A DNA stretch of 44,191 nt from an uncultured Rickettsiales bacterium. Lineage in GTDB: Bacteria > Pseudomonadota > Alphaproteobacteria > Rickettsiales > UBA6187. A program made the position numbers and the translations under genes. The stretch covers positions 1-44,191 of the forward strand of contig CAZTUN010000002.1 in assembly GCA_964616845.1 (NCBI GenBank), in the 5' to 3' direction. Positions 37,776-44,191 of the stretch are shown piece by piece (positions within the stretch are counted from its first letter, which is position 1; the number at the start of each line of letters is the position of its first letter). The notes below the pieces were generated by a model, which saw only the letters and a list, made by a program, of their open reading frames with translations, did not search any database and had not been told where the DNA came from.

Positions 37776-39302
37776 ATGTCTTTATTAAAATCCGCTGCGG
37801 TTGTAGGAATTTTTACCACTATATCTAGAATATTTGGTTATATAAGGGATATGTTCTTGGCATCTTTCCTAGGGGCAACCCCATTGGCGGATAGCTTCTT
37901 TGTTGCTTGGCGGTTTCCTAATTTTTTTAGACAATTATCCGCAGAAGGTGCTTTAAATAATGCTTTTGTTCCGCTTTTTTCTGGTAAATTAGTTGCCTCG
38001 TCTAAAGAAGAGGCTCTTAAATTTGCTTCCGATGTTTATAGTTGGTTATTTTTTATTCTATCTATTTTTACTATCTTAATAGTAATTTTTATGCCGCAAA
38101 TTATGCCTTTACTTGCCTATGGCTTTGCTAAGGATAGCGAGCAGATGAAAACTGCTATTTTATTGGGAAGGATTATGTTTCCATACTTAATTCTTATTTC
38201 CATGGTAACTTTACTTGGTGGCGTATTGCAAAGCATAGGTAAGTTTGCTATCTCATCTCTTGTTCCAATAGTTCTAAATGTTTTAATGATACTTTCCTTA
38301 TTATTACCAACAACTCCAGCATATGCACTATCTTATGGTGTTGTTTTTTCTGGAATTATTCAATTATATATTATGATATACGCCTTAAAAAAGGCTGGGA
38401 TAAAAGTTAGTCTATCGAGACCAAAAAAGAGTCTAGATTTAAAAATTCTTTTTTCAAGAATGATTCCAGGAATTATTGGGGGTTGTGTTCAGCAAATTGA
38501 CAGTTGGATTAACACTATAATCGCAACAACCATTTCTGGAGCAGTATCTTATCTTTATTATTCTGATAGAATAGTTCAGTTTCCTTTAGCTCTAACTGGA
38601 ACCGCACTAGGAATGGCTCTACTGCCAACCATGTCTAAATTTATAAAAGCTCAACAACATAAAGAAGCGTTAGACATACAAAATAGAGCTTTAGAAGCGG
38701 CGATATTTTTTACTCTTCCAGCGTCTATTGGATTATTTATGCTGGCTCATAACTTTGTCTCAATAATGTTTGAGCACGGAGCTTTCACTTCTCAAGATTC
38801 TTTAGCAACAGCAAGAGCTTTGCAAGTATCGGCTCTTGGTTTGCCAGCTTTTGTTATGGTAAAAATATTTCTTCCTTCTTTTTTTGCTAATGGCGACACT
38901 AGAACTCCTGTAATTAGAGCCTTGATTTGTTTGGTATCAGATGTTGTCTTTGCACTAACTTTATTACCAATACTTGGCTATATTTCTTTAGCTTTAGCCA
39001 CAACTTTAACCTCTTGGTTAAATTTATTATTATTGGTACATAAACTAAAAAGCAAAAAGCTTTATCATATGGACGATCCTTTAAAGAAGGGGCTGTTTAA
39101 AATTTCTGTTGCCTCTATTGTCATGGTTTTAGCTATACTTATATTAGACCATGTTCTTAGCTTGTACCTTCCAAATACCTCTAAATTTATTTATTTAAGC
39201 AAAACTTTAATTTTAACAGCAATTTCTGGCATGCTATATCTAGGGGTTGCTCATATAATGGGTGCTACCATATTTATCCAAAAAATGTGGAAAAGGGGAT
39301 AG
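37776..39302 (+). CDS. murJ: Lipid II flippase MurJ (MviN)
   Basis: 508 aa with about 14 TM segments. N-terminal TISRIFGYIRDMFLASFLGA signature. Confidence 0.9.
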   Translation: MSLLKSAAVVGIFTTISRIFGYIRDMFLASFLGATPLADSFFVAWRFPNFFRQLSAEGALNNAFVPLFSGKLVASSKEEALKFASDVYSWLFFILSIFTILIVIFMPQIMPLLAYGFAKDSEQMKTAILLGRIMFPYLILISMVTLLGGVLQSIGKFAISSLVPIVLNVLMILSLLLPTTPAYALSYGVVFSGIIQLYIMIYALKKAGIKVSLSRPKKSLDLKILFSRMIPGIIGGCVQQIDSWINTIIATTISGAVSYLYYSDRIVQFPLALTGTALGMALLPTMSKFIKAQQHKEALDIQNRALEAAIFFTLPASIGLFMLAHNFVSIMFEHGAFTSQDSLATARALQVSALGLPAFVMVKIFLPSFFANGDTRTPVIRALICLVSDVVFALTLLPILGYISLALATTLTSWLNLLLLVHKLKSKKLYHMDDPLKKGLFKISVASIVMVLAILILDHVLSLYLPNTSKFIYLSKTLILTAISGMLYLGVAHIMGATIFIQKMWKRG

Positions 39303-39307
39303 ATCTT

Positions 39308-39766
39308 TTATTTTTTAGATTCCTGTATATACTTTCTATATAATGCAGAAAAATCTATTGGATCTATCAGTAACGGAGGGAATCCTCCTTGACGGGTTAC
39401 CTCAGAAATAATTTGTCTTAGATATGGAAATAACATTCCAGGGCAATAAACCATTAAAACTGGCTCTATGTCTTGTTCTGGAACATTTGCCGTACAAATT
39501 GCAGCATAAGATAACTCAACTAAAAACAGGTCGCTACCTTGATTATGCGCTTTAATAGTTGTCATTAAAACAACCTCAAAAGTATTGCCTTCTATTGGCA
39601 AAACTTTTACATCAACGACAACATCTATTTTTGGAATTTCTTTGCTTGGTATAAGACTCTTTGGTGAATTAGGATTTTCAAAAGAAAAGTCCTTTATGTA
39701 TTGAGCAGTTATAAATACACCAACTTTTTGAGAATCATTATTGCTATTTGAATGTGCTTGTGACAT
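39308..39766 (-). CDS. secB: Protein-export chaperone SecB
   Basis: 152 aa with the YIKDFSFENPNSP motif typical of SecB. Confidence 0.9.
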   Translation of the reverse strand: MSQAHSNSNNDSQKVGVFITAQYIKDFSFENPNSPKSLIPSKEIPKIDVVVDVKVLPIEGNTFEVVLMTTIKAHNQGSDLFLVELSYAAICTANVPEQDIEPVLMVYCPGMLFPYLRQIISEVTRQGGFPPLLIDPIDFSALYRKYIQESKK

Positions 39767-39871
39767 ATAATTTAGACCCAGCCCTTATATTATTTTAACC
39801 ATGTTTTCTTGACTAGGGTATGGCTAATACTTTATTTTCAATTAAATTGCTATGTTTTTTATGGTTGGTAT

Positions 39872-40537
39872 ATGTTAGAGATTTTGTTTTTTGCTTTTAT
39901 ATCTGGTTGGTTGGTTTATAAATTATACAAAATTTTTGGTGATCCTAATTACGATCCTAGCTCGGAAACAATAAATAAGCTTCGCAACCAAGCTAAAATG
40001 CTCGAGACCATTGAGCTAAAGAAAAAAGAGGATATAAGAGAAAAACAAATAGAAGAAGAGGTTTCCTTTAAAGAAAAATATGGTCTGACTTTATACACAA
40101 AAATACAAGAAGTTAAAAAAATATTGCCCAATTTTTCTCCTATAGAATTTTCTAACGGTGCTTTATATGCTTTTGAACAAATAATAAAGGCTTTTTCTAA
40201 TCATGATAAAAAGCTATTAAAGGGTTTACTTGATGATAAATTATTTGCTCTACTTGAAAAGGAAATCGATAAAAACATTTCTGATAAAATTTATAAAGAT
40301 GTAACCATTATTTCTATTGTTGAAAATAATATTGTTGATATTAATTTTGATAAAAAAGATTCGGTTGAAATATTAGTAAAAATTGTTTCAGATCAGGTTC
40401 GCCTAACAAAAGATCTCAATGGTATCGTAATAGAGGGCAAGCCATCTCAGATTAATCGTATTTCTGATTTATGGACGTTTAGTTGCAATACTTCTTCTGA
40501 TAAAAACTGGCTCTTAGTAAAAATTAATCACTCTTAA
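39872..40537 (+). CDS. Tim44-like domain membrane protein
   Basis: N-terminal TM helix LEILFFAFISGWLVYKLY, a charged linker, and a C-terminal alpha+beta domain. The secB-adjacent position is common in alphaproteobacteria. I prefer ATG 39872 over the ORF-track TTG at 39809. Confidence 0.7.
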   Translation: MLEILFFAFISGWLVYKLYKIFGDPNYDPSSETINKLRNQAKMLETIELKKKEDIREKQIEEEVSFKEKYGLTLYTKIQEVKKILPNFSPIEFSNGALYAFEQIIKAFSNHDKKLLKGLLDDKLFALLEKEIDKNISDKIYKDVTIISIVENNIVDINFDKKDSVEILVKIVSDQVRLTKDLNGIVIEGKPSQINRISDLWTFSCNTSSDKNWLLVKINHS

Positions 40538-40551
40538 CAAAAGTAGTTGTT

Positions 40552-41607
40552 ATGAAAAAAATAATCTGTTTAATTTTATGTTTTTTGTTTTCCGCATGCG
40601 CTAGCAATAAACTATCCCTAAAGCAGGTAGACTATAGCGATTTGCCTGGCTGGGAAAAAGATCGCCATGGTCAAGCTTTAAAAGCTTTTTTAAAATCTTG
40701 TGAAGCAATGCAAAAGCCTCCTAAAGATAAATATATTCATAAAAGTACCGTTGGCGGTAAATTCTCAACTTGGCAAGAATTGTGCTATCAAGCAAAAAAT
40801 ACTTCTCCTGAACAAGCACAAAATTTCTTTGAACAAAATTTTATCCCCTTTAAAGCAAAAAATGGCTGGCACTCTAGGGGATTATTTACAGGATATTATC
40901 AAGCAAATCTAAATGGAAGCCTTTATAAACATGACCGTTATATATATCCAGTCTATAAAAAACCTAAGATTACTAATTTTTCTCGCAAAGAAATAGACGA
41001 AGGTGCTTTGAAAAATAAAGGGCTGGAGCTTGCTTGGGTAGATGATCCTGTAGAGTTGTTTTTTATGCAAATACAAGGTTCTGGTATTATTAGACTAGAT
41101 AATGGAAAAAAGCTTCACGTAGGATATGCTGGTCAAAATAATTACCCATATACTCCAATAGGTCGAATAATGGCTGCAAATGGTCTAATCGATAAGAAGA
41201 AAATTTCTGCTCAAACTATTAAATCTTGGCTTTATTCCAATAAAGATAAGGTAGAGTCGGTATTACAAAATAATCGTTCATATGTTTATTTTAGAGAAAT
41301 ACCTGCAAGAGGGCCAATAGGCGGGCAGGGAGTGCCGCTTACTCACGAAAGATCTTTAGCTATAGATAAAAAATTCATTCCTTACGGAATACCTATATGG
41401 CTAGATGTTAATATAAACGGAACAGATGATTATCATGGTTATAAATTTCAACAATTGGTTGTTGCTCAAGATACTGGTGGAGCCATAAAAGGCCCTATTC
41501 GTGGAGATATATTCTTTGGTAGGACAAAAAAAGCTTCCGAGCTCTCTGGTACACAAAATAGCTTAGGAAGTTACTACTTATTATTGCCAAAAAATAACAA
41601 TCTTTAA
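40552..41607 (+). CDS. mltA: Membrane-bound lytic murein transglycosylase A
   Basis: Lipobox LFSAC. MltA domain and 3D-domain motif DTGGAIKGPIRGDIFFG. Confidence 0.85.
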   Translation: MKKIICLILCFLFSACASNKLSLKQVDYSDLPGWEKDRHGQALKAFLKSCEAMQKPPKDKYIHKSTVGGKFSTWQELCYQAKNTSPEQAQNFFEQNFIPFKAKNGWHSRGLFTGYYQANLNGSLYKHDRYIYPVYKKPKITNFSRKEIDEGALKNKGLELAWVDDPVELFFMQIQGSGIIRLDNGKKLHVGYAGQNNYPYTPIGRIMAANGLIDKKKISAQTIKSWLYSNKDKVESVLQNNRSYVYFREIPARGPIGGQGVPLTHERSLAIDKKFIPYGIPIWLDVNINGTDDYHGYKFQQLVVAQDTGGAIKGPIRGDIFFGRTKKASELSGTQNSLGSYYLLLPKNNNL

Positions 41608-41612
41608 TGTTT

Positions 41613-42266
41613 TTATTTTTTAAGCTTTTTTATAAAATTATTATGTAGTTCTAATTCTTCTTCTGTAAGAGAAAATTTTCTTGGCTCTCTGTAAGGTTTT
41701 CTTGTTTTTGTTGATGTAATTTCATTATCCATAGAAATAAAGTTAAGCAAGCCTTGAGCCCCGCCAACTAACTGTATATACACCTCCGCTAGTAAATTAG
41801 CATCCAATAAAGCACCGTGTTTGTCTCTTCTTTCTAAACTGATATTAAATCGAGTACATAAAGCATCTAATGTTGCTTTAGCTCCTGGAAATTTTTTACG
41901 TGCAATTTCTAAGGTATCTATAGCTCTACTTGGGTCTATAGTTTTTTGCTTGATTTCTTCTAAATGATGATTAATAAAACCCATATCAAACGCTGCATTA
42001 TGTATAACGAGCTTATCTTTGCCGATAAAGGAGATAAAATCATTTACAACATCTTTAAATATCGGCTTATCTTTTAAAAACTCTGTAGAAAGACCGTGAA
42101 CTTTTTCAGCTACCTTAGGTACATCTCGTTCTGGATTAACATAGCTATGAAAATACTGTCCTGTGACTTTTCTATTAATTAGTTCAACGCACCCAATTTC
42201 AACTATTCGATGACCTGTTTTCGGATCAAGACCTGTTGTTTCTAAATCAAATATTATTTCTCTCAT
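41613..42266 (-). CDS. dnaQ: DNA polymerase III subunit epsilon (3'-5' proofreading exonuclease)
   Basis: Exo I motif IIFDLETTGL, Exo II motif HNAAFD, Exo III motif HGALLDANLLAEVY. Confidence 0.9.
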   Translation of the reverse strand: MREIIFDLETTGLDPKTGHRIVEIGCVELINRKVTGQYFHSYVNPERDVPKVAEKVHGLSTEFLKDKPIFKDVVNDFISFIGKDKLVIHNAAFDMGFINHHLEEIKQKTIDPSRAIDTLEIARKKFPGAKATLDALCTRFNISLERRDKHGALLDANLLAEVYIQLVGGAQGLLNFISMDNEITSTKTRKPYREPRKFSLTEEELELHNNFIKKLKK

Positions 42267-42269
42267 TTT

Positions 42270-42857
42270 TTAAACTGATATTGAGCTAATTATCTTTTTA
42301 ACAACTTCTAAACAATCTTCCTTACTGTTTCCTGTATCAATGACAAAGTCAGCCTTTTCTAATTTTTTTGTATCTTCTAATTGTAAATTTTTTATTGATT
42401 TTAGTTTATCAGCATTCATGCCGTCTCTTTCTAGGGCTCTTTTTGTCTGAATATCTTCGTTTGCAAAAGTAACTATTGTATAATCACAGTGTTTATCAAG
42501 ACCCTTTTCAAATAATAAGGGAATGTCTAGAATAGAAATTTTTCTACCGTTTTTTAATGAAGATTTAAGAAAATCTTCAATTTTATTTTCTATTACAGGA
42601 TGAATTATGTCTTCTAATATTTTAATATTTTTCTTGTTAGAAAAAACTTCATTTCCTAGTAAATTTCGGTCTATTTTATTATTCTTTATACAGCTAGGAA
42701 AATGCTTTTTTATCTCTTTGTAAACAACATTATCAAGTAACAATAAATCGTGAACTTGCTCATCAGCATTAAAAATTGCAGCTCCAAATTTTTCAAAACA
42801 TTTTGAAATAAACGTTTTTCCTGTTGCAATTGAACCTGTTATTCCTATTACTATCAT
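42270..42857 (-). CDS. coaE: Dephospho-CoA kinase
   Basis: 195 aa with the P-loop IGITGSIATGKT. Confidence 0.9.
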   Translation of the reverse strand: MIVIGITGSIATGKTFISKCFEKFGAAIFNADEQVHDLLLLDNVVYKEIKKHFPSCIKNNKIDRNLLGNEVFSNKKNIKILEDIIHPVIENKIEDFLKSSLKNGRKISILDIPLLFEKGLDKHCDYTIVTFANEDIQTKRALERDGMNADKLKSIKNLQLEDTKKLEKADFVIDTGNSKEDCLEVVKKIISSISV

Positions 42858-42865
42858 ATTATCTT

Positions 42866-43693
42866 TTACTTTAATGTTATATTTCTTAGCTCATCTGTTA
42901 CTTCTGGTTTATATCCATAAAATAACTCAAACCCTTTTACTGCTTGATATAACAACATCCATAAGCCGTCTACTGTTTTATTACCTCTTTTTTGTGCTTT
43001 ATCTAATAAAGAGGTTATTATTGGCTTATATACAATATCTACAACAGTTGCAGTTATAGGCAACTTGTCTAAGTTTATATCTAGATCTTCTTGTCCAGAC
43101 ATTCCAAGAATTGTTGTATTTATCAGCAAATCCACTTCACTTAGTAGATCATCCTTATTATTCCAATCTTCTACTTTTAATTTTTCACTATATAAATTGG
43201 CTAAATCTGAAGCTCTCTGCTTATTTCTATTAACTATTAGAATATCCTTTATTCCACTTTGAATCAGGCCGTAAACTATAGCTTTTGCTGCCCCTCCAGC
43301 TCCAAGCACAAGTGCTGTTTTATTTGTAAAATCAAAATTTATTATTTGCCTCTTTATTCCTGAGATAAATCCATAACTATCGGTATTAGTCCCTATAATT
43401 TTATTATTTTTTATATATACAGTATTAACAGCTCCTATTTTTTGAGCTACATCATCGATATCGTCTAAAAAATTTAAAATTTTTTCTTTTAGTGGCACAG
43501 TAACATTAACGCCAACATAGCCATTTTTAATTAAGTTAACGCTAAACTCTCTTAAATTCTCTGGTTTTACTTCTATTGCCTCGTAACTTCCTTGTATCGA
43601 ATATCTGTTTAACCAATAACTATGTATTATTGGCGATTTTGAATGATTTACTGGATATCCTATAACCCCAGCTTTATTTAGCATTGTTGTCAC
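42866..43693 (-). CDS. aroE: Shikimate 5-dehydrogenase
   Basis: GYPVNHSKSPIIH substrate motif and the GAGGAAKA NADP-binding motif. Confidence 0.9.
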   Translation of the reverse strand: MTTMLNKAGVIGYPVNHSKSPIIHSYWLNRYSIQGSYEAIEVKPENLREFSVNLIKNGYVGVNVTVPLKEKILNFLDDIDDVAQKIGAVNTVYIKNNKIIGTNTDSYGFISGIKRQIINFDFTNKTALVLGAGGAAKAIVYGLIQSGIKDILIVNRNKQRASDLANLYSEKLKVEDWNNKDDLLSEVDLLINTTILGMSGQEDLDINLDKLPITATVVDIVYKPIITSLLDKAQKRGNKTVDGLWMLLYQAVKGFELFYGYKPEVTDELRNITLK

Positions 43694-44191
43694 TCTCTTT
43701 TTTATTTTTATCTTTCTTTTCTTGATATAGTTGTATTATCTTTGCCGAAGTTTCTTCAACAGATCTTCTCGATACGTCTATTATTGGCCAACCATGTTTT
43801 AAGAAATATTTTTTTGCCTCCAATATTTCTTCTTCAACCACCTCAAAATCTGTATAATTACTCTCTCTTTCTTCATTTAATGATAGTAGTCTATTTTTTC
43901 TAATTTGAACTAGTATTTCTGGATTTATAGTCAATCCGATTATAAGAGGCCGCTTTAATCTTTCTATACTTTCAGGAAGATTAACTTTAGGTACATATGG
44001 AATATTAGCCGCCCTAAATCCTCTAAAGGCAAGATACATGCTTGTTGGTGATTTAGAGCTTCTTGAGACTCCAACTATGATTATATCAGCTTCCTCAAGA
44101 TCCCAGACAGATTGGCCATCGTCATGAGCTAAAGCAAAGTTTATGGCCTCAACTCTAGAAAAATACTCTTCATTTAACTCATATTGTTTGC
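43674..44191 (-). CDS. PpsR/PDRP-like bifunctional kinase-pyrophosphorylase (pyruvate,phosphate dikinase / PEP synthase regulatory protein). 5'-partial, continues past the window edge.
   Basis: I hand-translated 44040-44191 on the minus strand. The frame stays open to the edge and encodes ...IIIVGVSRSSKSPTSMYLAFRG, the family P-loop-like motif. The ORF-track Met at 44039 is therefore internal. Overlaps aroE by 20 nt. Confidence 0.8.
   Translation of the reverse strand, partial: KQYELNEEYFSRVEAINFALAHDDGQSVWDLEEADIIIVGVSRSSKSPTSMYLAFRGFRAANIPYVPKVNLPESIERLKRPLIIGLTINPEILVQIRKNRLLSLNEERESNYTDFEVVEEEILEAKKYFLKHGWPIIDVSRRSVEETSAKIIQLYQEKKDKNKKESDNNAK

Overview
This is a visibly AT-rich, tightly packed chromosomal core segment of a reduced-genome alphaproteobacterium. 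The mnmE-mnmG-rsmG-parA-parB cluster, together with secB/Tim44-like/mltA and dnaQ-coaE-aroE-PpsR-like, is origin-proximal synteny typical of Rhizobiales-type alphaproteobacteria. A Liberibacter-like endosymbiont or pathogen is my guess and cannot be verified from here.

I call 38 protein-coding genes, all apparently intact:
- an orphan membrane protein, uppP, xerC, tal and priA
- the F1 ATP synthase operon atpHAGDC
- aroQ, thiS and thiG
- an ArnT-like glycosyltransferase with a PAP2 phosphatase
- parB, parA, rsmG, mnmG and mnmE
- a 1606-aa NAD-glutamate dehydrogenase
- purH, mutL and pgi
- an M16 peptidase pair, a lipoprotein and lspA
- ribF, secF, murJ, secB, a Tim44-like protein and mltA
- dnaQ, coaE, aroE and a PpsR/PDRP-like kinase cut by the right edge

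Many neighbouring genes overlap by 1-20 nt. I saw no rRNA, tRNA, CRISPR, prophage, transposase, toxin-antitoxin, or recognisable defence, secretion or biosynthetic cluster. I therefore do not think this window holds a novel multi-gene system.

The non-obvious content is non-coding:
1. A 90-bp inverted-repeat, ORF-less element occurs in two 100 percent identical copies, each flanked by its own 5-6 bp direct duplication (MITE-like). Both copies sit in the only two large convergent-gene spacers. One copy carries an extra 164 bp bracketed by an 8-bp direct repeat.
2. Two perfect consensus parS centromere sites, each the core of a 24-bp perfect palindrome, bracket mnmG. One of them lies inside the rsmG coding sequence.
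3. Several long palindromes and hairpins lie in the 532-bp AT-rich left spacer and after gdh.

All calls come from reading the sequence and the supplied translations. No database search was possible.
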